Below are positions 1 through 10,328 of a stretch of 64,000 bases of DNA, one piece after another (within the stretch, counting starts at the first letter, position 1; each line of letters starts with the position of its first letter). Position numbers and translations under genes: made by a program. The stretch is taken from assembly GCF_006345805.1 (NCBI RefSeq), contig NC_043003.1, positions 19,096,001 to 19,160,000 of the forward strand, in the 5' to 3' direction. A model generated the notes under the pieces. The model searched no databases. It was not told the origin of the DNA and saw only the letters and a program-made list of their open reading frames with translations. This DNA is from Octopus sinensis (lineage: Eukaryota).

Positions 1-299
1 CTCTTGTTCATAACTTCTGCAAATAAACAGTTTCCTGATTCATGCTGATATTTACCAACCAATAATAAATCCTCTTTTGCATGGTGAACAGCAAGAATGG
101 AAACAATAACTTGCATTTTTATTTTTAATAAATTCTGGCATGTTCAAGTGTGAAGACGCTAATTGCCATTGTGTTCATAATGCTAATGGGTCGAGTGTGT
201 TTTGATCACACATTTGTTACAAAGTACTTATTCTCTTATGATGAAACACAACAGTGATTAGCATATTCACAGTTGAATTTGCCAGAGCATATTAAGAAT

Positions 300-552
300 A
301 AATATGTAGGCACGTAAAAAACACCATTTGAGCATGGCCATTCCCAGTACCGCCTGACTGGTCCTCGTGCCGGTGGTATGTAAAAGCACCCACTACACTC
401 TCGAAGTGGTTGGCGTTAGGAAGGGTGTCCAGCTGTAGAAACTTTGCCAGATCAAGATTGGAGCCTGATGCAGCCATCTGGTTCGCCAGTCTTCAGTCAA
501 ATTGTCCAACCCTTGCTAGCATGGAAAGCAGACGTTAAACGATGATGATGAT
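300..552 (+). mobile_element. SINE-like family B with (GAT)n tail (representative copy)
   Basis: Core GAGTGGTTGGCGTTAGGAAGGGCATCCAGC, tail CCCATGCTAGCATGGAAAGCGGACGTTAAAC(GAT)n. Other copies about 6738-7075(-), 16165-16497(-), 19900-20165(+), 20745-21118(+), 23575-24140(+), 26100-26500(-), 49735-49925(-), 60504-60680(-). Source of many spurious ORFs in the track. Confidence 0.85.
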
Positions 553-937
553 CATCATCATCATCATTTTGATTCTTGCACATGACAATTTATTACCAAT
601 TAAAGGCGGCGAGCTGACAGAATCATTAGCATGCCGGGCAAAATACTTAGCAGTATTTAATTTGCCGTTACAGTCTGAGTTCAAATTCTGCTGAGGTCAG
701 CTTTGCCTTTCATCCTTTTGGGGTTGATTAAATAAGTACCAGATGCGCACTGGGATTGATGTAATCGATTTAATCTGTTTGTCTGTCTTGTTTGTCCCCT
801 TTACATTTAGCCCCCTGTGGGCAATAAAGAAATTTATTACCAATTAGCAGTTATCAGCATGAATCAACAAATAATTTGCTTGCTGAAATTATAAACAAGA
901 GCCACAAATTCTTGTTAAATTCATTAGTCCAGGATGC

Positions 938-985
938 CTTTAGCTGACGAGACGCCACAATGTTGAAACACTGAGTGTCCCAGAG
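938..985 (+). ncRNA. type I hammerhead ribozyme motif (partly decayed)
   Basis: CTTTAG-CTGACGA-GACG/ccacaa/TGTT-GAA-ACAC/tga/GTGT-C^-CCAGAG. Core intact; stem I has 5 of 6 pairs; stem II has two G.U pairs. Confidence 0.6.
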
Positions 986-1427
986 TCCATTTATGCTAAG
1001 GAATCAAATATGTTATGAGCACATTCATTATAAAGAAGTTGTTCTGTGATGAAACAGCAGGGATTAGTATATTAACATTTGAATCTGTTGGATTGTATTA
1101 AGAATAAATATGAAAGTCATTATTTTGGTTCTTGCTCTTCACTGAACAGGTGATGATCTTTTAAGAATTATCTATTATAATGTTATTGTCCACTAAGAAC
1201 TTGGGTATTTCATCAATTGTCTGTTGAAGTAAGCAATGTGTTTGCTTTGTCTTGGAGCATGTATACCAAAGTTTTAATTCATCTTGATGTTTAGCAAGCT
1301 TCTTAATGCACCTACATCTGTGACTATATAGTAATTTATGTAACAATAAATATTAGGTTAACAGTACAAAGTGTTCTTCTACATGTTTTATATTATTTTC
1401 CTTTTTATTTTTTCCACCCACTTTTAG

Positions 1428-1542
1428 ATGAACCTGAGACGAGAGATGCTTGGTGGATTGAAATCCGTACCGAGATCCGTTCTCATTGTCGTTCAATGGG
1501 ATGTCATGCTGTGATAGGTTACAGTGAAATGTCTTCCATATG
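1428..1542 (+). CDS. C2CD5: C2CD5 coding exon (1st in window)
   Basis: ttttag|AT...TG|gtgag. Translates DEPETRDAWWIEIRTEIRSHCRSMGCHAVIGYSEMSSI, recognisably the C2CD5 DEPETRDAWW motif. Phase 1 in, 2 out. Confidence 0.95.
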
Positions 1543-1780
1543 GTGAGCTTCTTATAATCTGCATGTCTCTGCATTCTTTATCCTTCTCATATGCTCTCAC
1601 TCTCCATATTTCCCTGCCTATATATAAATCATCATCATCATCATCGTTTAACGTCCGTTCTCCATGCTAGCTTGTAAATAGTAAGTGATTACTCCAAACA
1701 TTTACCAGTTTGTTCTTGGTTAGGTATATATAAAAAGAATTAAAGGTAATGCTATGCCACTTCATAATAATCCTTATTAT

Positions 1781-2136
1781 AGTTCTATATTTAAGAGATG
1801 AGGAATTATGTACATTATTTACATTTGACGGATATTTGTCCTCATCTTGTTTGTTGTTAACACGTTTCGGCTGATGTATCCTCCAGCTTTCATTAGATAT
1901 CTTGGGGGAAATTTCAAACCTGGGTTCTCATTTCTAAGGTATTTTTTTATTGTTGTTCACTGCCTGGAATCGAACTCGGAATCTTGGGGTTAGTAGCGTG
2001 TGCTTTTAACCACTACGACATATGCCCGGGCATATGGCATAATGGTTAAGAGCATGGGCTACCAACCCCAAGATTCCAAGCAGTGACCTGAATAATAATA
2101 ATAATATCAAAAAATACCTTAGGAATGAGAACCCAG
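1781..2136. mobile_element. head-to-head tRNA-derived element with PLE-like/hammerhead-derived tail
   Basis: Inverted arms 1920-2027 / 2028-2136 centred on the 18-bp palindrome CATATGCCCGGGCATATG (2019-2036). The arms carry A-box- and B-box-like motifs. Decayed HHR on minus at about 1858-1901. Confidence 0.6.
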
Positions 2137-2681
2137 ATTGATGAAATCATAAGGTAGAGCTGTTGAGGGAGAACCATAAGTATGGTTTTTTCCATCTATG
2201 GTTGTAGTCAGATTTAATTTTGTATCATAAAATTAAGACTAACTTTTCATTGTTGGTAGATACCTAAGCATACCAAGTTTCATATTTTGGAGAAAACTGT
2301 TTTAATTGATTTTACTATTCCATTCTTCAATTGACATTTTATTTCCTTTTTATCTGTCTGTGTGTGCATGTATGTGTGTATGTATGTATATATACATGCA
2401 CACACACACACACACATGTTTTGTGTGTGTGTGTGTGTGTGTGTAAAATAACTTTTTAAAGAAATTGTATTCATCTATTTTTGTTTGGTTTTTGAATTTA
2501 TTAGGTTTCCCTTCTTCAAGTGACAAATTATTTTATTTATTTTTAATTCATTCAGTTTTTTGGCTTTTTCTTTTTTACATTACACCAAGTTCCTTTACTT
2601 TTCCATTAAAAAAATTTTTTTTTCTTTTATTTATCACTTTCTTTTTTTTTTTTTTCCTTCTCCTCCTTCTTTTCATTTCAG

Positions 2682-2867
2682 TGATGAAGTAATTATTCTG
2701 TCAGCTATTGGCACAGCTGCTGTCATCAGCAGCAACATGGATGTACTGCTGCCTGTTGTCACACAGAAAGATACTGCTCCACTCTATCAGTCCACTGATA
2801 AGGTACCAGTGGAGAAGGAGAAGCTTTATGTTGATGTGAACTTGGCAAATCAAATGTCACAGAATAG
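2682..2867 (+). CDS. C2CD5: C2CD5 exon 2 in window
   Basis: tttcag|T...AG|gtaagg. (C)DEVIILSAIGTAAVISS...NLANQMSQN. Phase 2/2. Confidence 0.9.
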
Positions 2868-3307
2868 GTAAGGCTTCCTCACTCCCACACACACTTGCAT
2901 TACAACTTATTTATCTATTTTTGCTAATTACTCTATCATTTGTGCCAAGTTGCCTACGTTAGAGTGGCGTACTCTCTTTTACTCTTTTACTTGTTTCAGT
3001 CATTTGACTGTGGCCATGCTGGAGCACCGCCTTTAGTTGAGCAAATCGACCCCAGGACTTATTCTTTCTAAGCCTAGTACTTATTCTTTTGGTCTCTTTT
3101 GCCAAACTGCTAAGTTACGGGGACGTAAACACACCAGCATTGGTTGTCAAGCGATGTTGGGGGGAGAAACACAGGCACACAAACACACACATATACGACC
3201 GGCTTCTTTCAGTTTCACTCACAAGGCTTTGGTCGGCCCGAGGCTATAGTAGAAGACACTTGCCCAAGATGCCACGCAGTGGGACTGAACCTGGAACCAT
3301 GTGGTGT

Positions 3308-3338
<31 letters not shown>

Positions 3339-3339
3339 T

Positions 3340-3925
3340 GATTTCATTTATTTGCCAGAAGGCAAAGGATGAGGGGGCAATACAAAGACAGACATAAAGT
3401 GTGGAAGTTTACATATAATGAAATTATAAAAAAAAAAAAAGGAAAGAGAAAGAAATTAAGTAGACATGGTATACCCTGAAAAAGGGACATATGCATAGCA
3501 TACAATGGTTAAAAAAAATGGTGGGGGAGGATGATAGAGATATGGTCCTCCTGATACCGAAATGCTTCTTGGGATAATCGAGGAACCCCACTGTCTGAGA
3601 TTTCCCTGAAACCTTAAGAGCAAGTACCTTCTCCAATTCCTTCTCTCCGACTCACAGGTCTACCAGCCACTCTTGCCATTTTCACAACTTTCACCCCACC
3701 TTTCAGTAAGCTCACTCGAGGACAGCACTTTGCTCTCCACTCTTGACTTCCTTTCCAAGTGAAACTTGAAGAAGTCAATGAGGCCTCTACCAAAGAGGAA
3801 TGTATCTGTCCTCATGCCTTTCAGCCTTGTTCACCAAACAACCTCTTTCGCCACAGCCACCAAGCAAAGGAAAACTGCCTTGCCTGCCTGATTGAAAGAG
3901 AGCGGCAGTGCGATCATCACTACAA
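3340..3925 (-). mobile_element. Tx1/L1-clade LINE 3' remnant
   Basis: Minus-strand translation with stops: AVFLCLVAVAKEVVW*TRLK...LIDFFKFHLERKSRVESKVLS...ERW, resembling a Tx1-type ORF2 C-terminus from memory. Flanked by (AAT)n on both sides. Confidence 0.55.
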
Positions 3926-4152
3926 ATAATAATAATAATACTTTCTAGTATAGGCACAAGGCCTGAAATTTTGGTGGAGGGGACTAGTTGATTACGTTGA
4001 CCCCCGTGTTTCACTGATATTTATTTTACTGACTCCGAAAGGATGAAAGGCAAAGTCATCCTTGACAGAATTTGAACTCAGAACATAGCGACAGGCAAAA
4101 TACCGCTAAGCATTTCATCCAACATGCTAACAATTCTGCCAGCTCACCACCC

Positions 4153-4197
<45 letters not shown>

Positions 4198-4844
4198 TAA
4201 TAATGATGATGGCTCCATATTTTGGCACAAAGCCAGCAATTTTTGTAGAGGATGTAAGTCGATTACACAGACCTCTGTCCTGAAATGGTACTTATTTTAT
4301 TGAAAAGGTTGAAAAACCAATTTAATCTCGGCAGAATTTGAATTCAGAATGAAAAGACAGACAGAATGCCATTAAGCATTTTACTTACTGTGCTAATGAT
4401 TCTGCCAGCTCACTGCCTTAATAATAATATTAATAATAATAATAATAATAATCGTTTCTACTATAGGCTCAAGGCCTGACATTTTGGGAGAGGGGTTGAG
4501 TCGATTACATTGACTCCAGTACACAACTGTTACTTATTTTATTGATCCCAAAAGGATGAAAAGCAAAGTCAACCTCAGCAGCATTTAGACTTAGAACATA
4601 AGGATGGATGAAATGCCGCTAAGCATTTTGCCCAGCATTTTAACGATTCTGCCAACTCACCTTGACAGGTTTAGTATAGTTTTCATTTACCAAACTCTTT
4701 CACAAGGCATTAGTTGGCCTGGAGTGGTGGAAGAAGACTTGTGCCCAAGGTGCAGCACAGTGGGATTGATCCTGAAACCATGTTGTTGGGAAGCCAACTT
4801 CTTAACCACACAGCCATGTCTGTACCATTTGTCAAATTATTTTC

Positions 4845-4917
4845 CATAGCATAGCTCAGTCGGTAGAGCATCAGACTTTTAATCTGAGGGTCGTGGGTTC
4901 ATGTCCCTCTGCAGGTG
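4845..4917 (+). pseudogene. tRNA-Lys(UUU)-like sequence with defective acceptor stem
   Basis: D arm TAGCTCAGTCGGTAGAGCA, perfect anticodon arm TCAGA-CTTTTAA-TCTGA (anticodon 4878-4880), T arm GTGGG-TTCATGT-CCCTC. The acceptor CATAGCA/TGCAGGT has only 3 WC pairs plus one G.U. Confidence 0.8.
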
Positions 4918-4931
4918 ACAATTTTTCTTAT

Positions 4932-5094
4932 AGGCATAGGAGTGGCTGTGTAGTAAGTAGCTTGCTTACCAACCACATGGTTCTGGGTTCAGTTCCACTG
5001 CATGGCACCTTGGGCAAGTGTCTTCTACTATAGTCTCTGGCCAACCAAAGCCTTGTGAGTGGATTTGGTAGACAGAAACTGAAAGAAGCCCGTC

Positions 5095-5151
<57 letters not shown>

Positions 5152-5365
5152 TGTATATGTTTGTGTGTCTGTGTTTGTCCCCCCAACATCGCTTGACAAC
5201 TAATGCTGGTGTGTTTATGACCCCGTAACTTAGCGGTTTGGCAAAAGAGACCAATAGAATAAATACTAGGCTTACAAAGAGTAAGTCCTAGGGTCGATTT
5301 GCTTGACTAAAGGCGGTGTTCCAGCATGGCCACAGTCAAATGACTGAAACAAGTAAAAGAGTAAC
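4932..5365 (+). mobile_element. tRNA-headed SINE family A (representative copy)
   Basis: Head GGCTGTGTGGTAAG..GGTTCAGTCCC, core CCTTGGGCAAGTGTC, internal (TA)(TG) microsatellite, tail GACTGAAACAAGTAAAAGAG. Other copies about 2971-3305(-), 5385-5772(-), 15548-15903(+), 22993-23352(+), 34860-35253(-), 38145-38765(-), 47033-47403(+), 52567-52962(+), 53055-53453(+). Confidence 0.85.
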
Positions 5366-5925
5366 CCAAATTTATAATCTTGTATCTTTTATCTTTTACT
5401 TGATTCAGTCATTAGTCTATGGCCACACTGGAGCATTGCCTTGTAGAATTTTTAGTTGAATGAATCAACTCCAGTAATTTTTGTTTTCTTTTCTTTTAAG
5501 CCTGGTACTTATTCTGTCAGTTTAGGACATAAACACAAACAGTGGTTGTCAAGCGGGGGCTGGGGATAAACACTGACACACACATACACACACACACACA
5601 TGCATATATATGACAGGCTTCTTTCAGTGTTTGTCTACTGAATCCACTCACAGGCTTTGGTCAGCCTGAGGCTATAATAGAAGACACTTGCCCAAGGTGC
5701 CGCACAGTAGAACTGAACCTGGAACCATGTAGTTGGAAAGCAAGCTTCTTACCACACAGCCATGCCTGCGACTGTGACAACATTATCTTACTAAATCCTA
5801 TAAAATTCTTGACTATTATCAAAGCTAATTTCTAATATGGCCATGAAAGGGTTAAAGAAGTCACTGATTTCATAAGAACAATTCCTTATTTATTTTTGTT
5901 TCTTTTTTTTTTCTTTACTTTCCAG

Positions 5926-6030
5926 TATTGAAGAGGGTTTTACACCTGCAAACTGTGTACTTTGTCACATTCCCTACAAAACTGCCTCTATGCCATTTAA
6001 GGTAACACTGGATACCTGCACTGTATGTCA
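5926..6030 (+). CDS. C2CD5: C2CD5 exon 3 in window
   Basis: ttccag|T...CA|gtaagt. IEEGFTPANCVLCHIPYKTASMPFKVTLDTCTVC (CxxCHIPY motif). Phase 2/2. Confidence 0.93.
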
Positions 6031-6613
6031 GTAAGTATATAGTTTATGTATGTTTCAAGATATCAGTAAACTTTTGACTTCTTCTAACCAAAGAGTTTTT
6101 TTTTTTAACTTATTACTTACACACTCTTATCTTCAACTTTATTTACTTTGAGCTTCTCTTTCAAAAACAATTAATTTTATTAAAATGATACATTCCCAAA
6201 CTTTTAAATTCTCACATGCACCACCCACTTTTCAAATTCTACAAAATTAAGTCTAAAATGACTGGACGGTTTTTAAGTTTAAGATAATTCATCATCATCA
6301 TACATCCATCTTTCATTCTGGCATGGGTTGAGGGATTTGACTGGAGCTGGCAAGCCAAAAGGACTGTCCCAAGCTCCACTGCTTGTTTTGGCATAGTTTT
6401 TATAGCTGGATGCCTTTCATAAAGCCAACCATTTTACAGAGTATTCTGGGTGCTTTTTAAGTGGCACCAGATAAATTAATTAAATTGTTACAGTTTGATG
6501 GTTGCCAGGGGGAAAAAGGCAGTTCCAAAAAATTTTATTTGGTTACAATTATTTTCTAAAAAAATACACTTCATCTCCGTTATTAATTTCTTGTTTGTTT
6601 GTTTGTTTTGCAG

Positions 6614-6703
6614 TAAACATCCAGTTCCAGATGTGCTTTTTACTACAATCAACCCCCCTGAAGAAATACAGACAATAGGAAAAGGAACTCTTATACAAGC
6701 GCG
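6614..6703 (+). CDS. C2CD5: C2CD5 exon 4 in window
   Basis: ttgcag|T...CG|gtaagg. KHPVPDVLFTTINPPEEIQTIGKGTLIQAR. Phase 2/2. Confidence 0.95.
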
Positions 6704-7584
6704 GTAAGGATCTTGTAGAGGAATGAGATGACTGGACATCATCATCATTATCATCGTTTAACATCTGCTTTCCATGTTAGCATGGGTTGGACGATTTGAC
6801 TGAGGGCTGGCAAACCAGATGGCTGCACCAGGCTCCAATCTTGATCTGGCATAGTTTCTACAGCTGGATGCCCTTCCTAATGCCAACCACTCCGAGGGTG
6901 TAGTGGGTGCTTTTACGTGCCACCGACACAGAGGCTAGTCAGGTGGTACTGGCAACGACCTTGCTCAAATGTTTTTACACATGCCTCCGGCACAAGTGCC
7001 AGTAAAGCGACGCTGGTAATGATCACGCTCAAATGGTGCCCTTTCCATGCTACCAGCACGGAAGCCTTGACATGATGCTGACAATTTGGCACAGTTGACT
7101 GGACATTCAACATGCTTTGGTGACAGTATATTTGGTGCTGGAGGCAAAGACACATGCACACACACACACACACACATATGCACACAAACACACATGCAGA
7201 TAGAAAGAGACACACACACATTACACATGCAAACATCACTAGCTTCCTGAAACATCTGCTTTTCCATGTTTGTGTGGACCAAACCAAATTTGTTGAGACA
7301 GATTTTCTACAGCGAGATGCCTTTCCTTTTGCCAACCTTGTTTCCAAGTAAGGTAATAATTCCCCATTACCAAACATTGTTCTCACAGATGATTGGAAAT
7401 GAAGGAAACTGCTTGTATGACGGTGACACTCACAACTACCATGTGATGTCAAAGTAAGGAGACAGTGACATACAGATGTACACATATACACACACACGCA
7501 CACACAGTTACATAAAATTTTATATTTGCATAATTCTAAATGTTATCAAGATTTCTGCTCATAATTAATCTTGGTTTGTTGCAG

Positions 7585-7642
7585 GATATATCGTGCGAAA
7601 AAGGAAGGTAAAGGAGAAGCCTGTGCTAAAGAAATTAGTGAT
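7585..7642 (+). CDS. C2CD5: C2CD5 exon 5 in window
   Basis: ttgcag|G...GAT|gtgagc. IYRAKKEGKGEACAKEISD. Phase 2/0. Confidence 0.9.
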
Positions 7643-7688
7643 GTGAGCATTTCATATTTGTTATTGTTGTTGCTTCAATGATATTTGT

Positions 7689-7862
7689 GGAGGCGCAATG
7701 GCCCAGTGGTTAGGACAGCGGACTCGCGGTCGGAGGATCGCGGTTTCGATTCCCAGACCGGGCGTTGTGTGTGTTTCTTGAGCGAAAACACCTAAAAGCT
7801 CCATGAGGCTCCAGGAGGGGGTGGTGGTGACCCCTGTTGCACTCTTTCACCACTACTTTCTC
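7689..7862 (+). mobile_element. tRNA(Arg)-like-headed SINE family D
   Basis: Head GGCGCAATGGCCCAGTGGTTAGGACAGCGGACTCGCGG..GTTTCGATTCCC. Other copies 36375-36668(-), 51105-51345(-), 59501-59780(+, TSD CCGCAAAGG). Possibly one of the Octopus OR1/OR2 SINEs (unverified). Confidence 0.75.
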
Positions 7863-7934
7863 TCACTGGTACAGGTGCTGGTGTTGATATATATATAATA
7901 TATAATTTAAAATATGTTATTATTTTGATTGCCT

Positions 7935-7994
7935 CGATAACTGATGAGATGCTGGTTTCTGCCCTGACATCCGAAACTCAGAGTCTTATTATCG
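7935..7994 (+). ncRNA. type I hammerhead ribozyme motif, sense in C2CD5 intron
   Basis: CGATAA-CTGATGA-GATG..CATC(C)-GAA-ACT/cag/AGT-C^-TTATT(ATCG). Predicted cleavage after 7985. Confidence 0.75.
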
Positions 7995-8363
7995 CAACCG
8001 AATAATTGTCACATATTATTTTACAAATAAATTCCTCTATTTTACATAATATTGAGGTCTCTTTCATTCTTTTGTTGTCTTACCATTACTATTAACATAA
8101 TATATAATTTAGATATGCTATAAAATTTATAACTGCTATAAAATTCATCTATGCTGTAATTTTAATATACTATAAATTTTATAATTCATATATATATAAT
8201 ATAATTCAAATATATAACTTAGTAACAAATATTCAAGTTACATTAGATGTTATCATATTTTAAATGTGAAAACTGTAAAACATTGAATAGTTTTGATATG
8301 CTTCAAATCTTTCCCCTTCTTTGAGATCATCTAACTTGAATCTTTTATCCCATCTGTTGATAG

Positions 8364-8417
8364 TGTTTACCATTTATGGAATATGAACTTCATAATCAAC
8401 TTATAAATAAATTAAAG
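8364..8417 (+). CDS. C2CD5: C2CD5 exon 6 in window
   Basis: tgatag|TGT...AAG|gtgagt. CLPFMEYELHNQLINKLK. Phase 0/0. Confidence 0.95.
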
Positions 8418-8483
8418 GTGAGTTAAAAGTTTCCCTTCTTTTTTTTTTGGCCTGTGTAATTACTACTACTACTACTACTGTTA

Positions 8484-8514
<31 letters not shown>

Positions 8515-8722
8515 CATTATTATTAAGGCAGCGAGCTGGCAGAATTGTTACTTGTGCAGGGTAAAATGCTGAGTGGCATTTCTGAGTTCAAATTTCATCA
8601 AATTCAATTTTGCCTTTCTTCCTTTCAGGGTTGATAAAATAAGTACCAGTTGTATACTGAGGTCAATGTAATTGACTTACCCCTCCCCAGAAATTTCAGG
8701 CCTTGTGCCTATTATAGAAAGG

Positions 8723-8773
<51 letters not shown>

Positions 8774-8954
8774 TGGGTGGCGAGCTGGCAGAATTGTTAG
8801 CACTTTGAGCAAAATGCTAAGAGGTATTTCGTCCACCTTTACATTCTGAGCTCAAATTCCATGTACCAATGGAGTGCAGGGGTTGATGTAATTGACTAGC
8901 CCCCTTTCCCAAATTCCAGGCCTTGTGCCTATAGTAGAAAGAATTATTATTATT

Positions 8955-9558
8955 ATTATTCTATGTTTGACTTTTGCTTTATATTTGTACAAGTTGGCTC
9001 CAAGTCTCACCCAGAGACTTCAAGAGACAACAGGTTGGAAGTTCACGTTATGCCTAGTGTGCCATATATTTGGGGGGTTTTTTAGTGTTGTACTAGTGAA
9101 TATCTAATAAAAAAAAAATTGTTTGTTTTAAACCTTGAGATTACGTAGAAAGTATTTTGCGTAGGATATAAGCAGTTCCATGAGCACTATTTTTTGAATT
9201 TCTGCCATTTTGGGGTTTCCTGGTATCTGAGTTAGGTAGCAATCAGACCCTTTTGCTATCATTCCCAGGGCACCTATGACAACAGGTATTGTTTTAGTCT
9301 TCAGGTTCCACATTTTGCTGATTTCTATTTCGAGATCTTCATATTTGCTCAGTTTTTGGTAGGTCTTGACAGATACGTTTATATCGATTGGGACAGTCAT
9401 ATCAATGAGGAGGCATGTTTGAAGTCTTTCAATATGATGTCTGGCCTATTTGCATCTATCTTTCTGTCAGTTTGAATGGTGAAGTTCCAGAGGAGTGAGA
9501 TGTGGTCATTTTCAAGCACTGAAGGTGGTTTGTGTTCCCACCAGTGTTTTTTGGGTGG

Positions 9559-9560
<2 letters not shown>
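8955..9560 (-). mobile_element. R4/Dong-clade non-LTR retrotransposon 3' remnant (restriction-like endonuclease)
   Basis: WWEHKPPSVLENDHISLLWNFTIQTDRKIDANRPDII..LIDMTVPIDINV..KYEDLEIEISKMW..PVVIGALG..IQKIVL: the RPD..D..K..KY motif of the RLE. Bounded by (TTA)n on both sides. Confidence 0.85.
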
Positions 9561-9609
<49 letters not shown>

Positions 9610-10255
9610 GGCAGCGAGCTGGCAGAAACATTAACATGCTGGTTGGAATGCTTAACAGTATTTCATTCATCTCCACATTCTGAGTTCAAATTCTGCCAAG
9701 GTCGACTTTGCCTTTCATCCTTTCAGGGTTGATAAATTAAACACCAGTTGAGTACTGGGGTCGATGTAATTGACTAGTCCTCTCCCCCAAAAACTTCAGG
9801 CCTTGTGCCTATAGTAGAAAGGATTATTATTATTATTATTATTATTATTCCTCTTCTTATCCTTTTTATCCCTCTATTTCTCAAGATATTATTATTAAAT
9901 TCTCTGCGCTATAAATTGCAATTTCATTCAAGTATTATTTTTGAATTTTTGTTTGAGGAATTCTGCAAAGGAGGTCCCATACATGTTTACTATATGTGTA
10001 TACCTGTTTTGAATTTATTATATTTTTGATATTAATATTTATATTCATAATGTATTTCCTATTCTGTAATCAAACACATGCAGCATGGAATTAAAAATAT
10101 ACCAAACTTTTCACTTTTGTAATACATACATGTGTGTATGTATATATTTTTATTTTCATTGAAAATGCTTTCACTGTTCTCATTTTGTTAACGGCTAGGC
10201 GTTCAGGCGAGTATACTGGCATTGATGTGGCAACATTTGAAATACTGTCTAGGTA

Positions 10256-10328
10256 AATGCAGCTGATGAAGACTGATCAAATTTACGTTGTCAAACGTAT
10301 TTGAAGAGTCAGAAACCAGTCCTGCATT
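10256..10328 (+). ncRNA. type I hammerhead ribozyme motif, sense in C2CD5 intron
   Basis: AATGCAG-CTGATGA-(A)GACT..long stem..AGTC(A)-GAA-AC/ca/GT-C^-CTGCATT. Perfect 7-bp stem I; predicted cleavage after 10321. Confidence 0.8.

Noticed and set aside
292-477. Recurrent ORFs such as MAASGSNLDLAKFLQLDTLPN.., MSKSTPGLIL.., MHLESYPPRH..
   Set aside because: Chance frames within SINE families A, B and E that recur across the window; no domain signal.
2797-2808. Alternative donor AAG|GTACCA inside exon 2682-2867
   Set aside because: Gives phase 0, whereas the next exon needs phase 2; would frameshift.
7689-7765. tRNA-Arg gene
   Set aside because: Head of a dispersed SINE; continues into shared repeat body, and the cloverleaf is incomplete.
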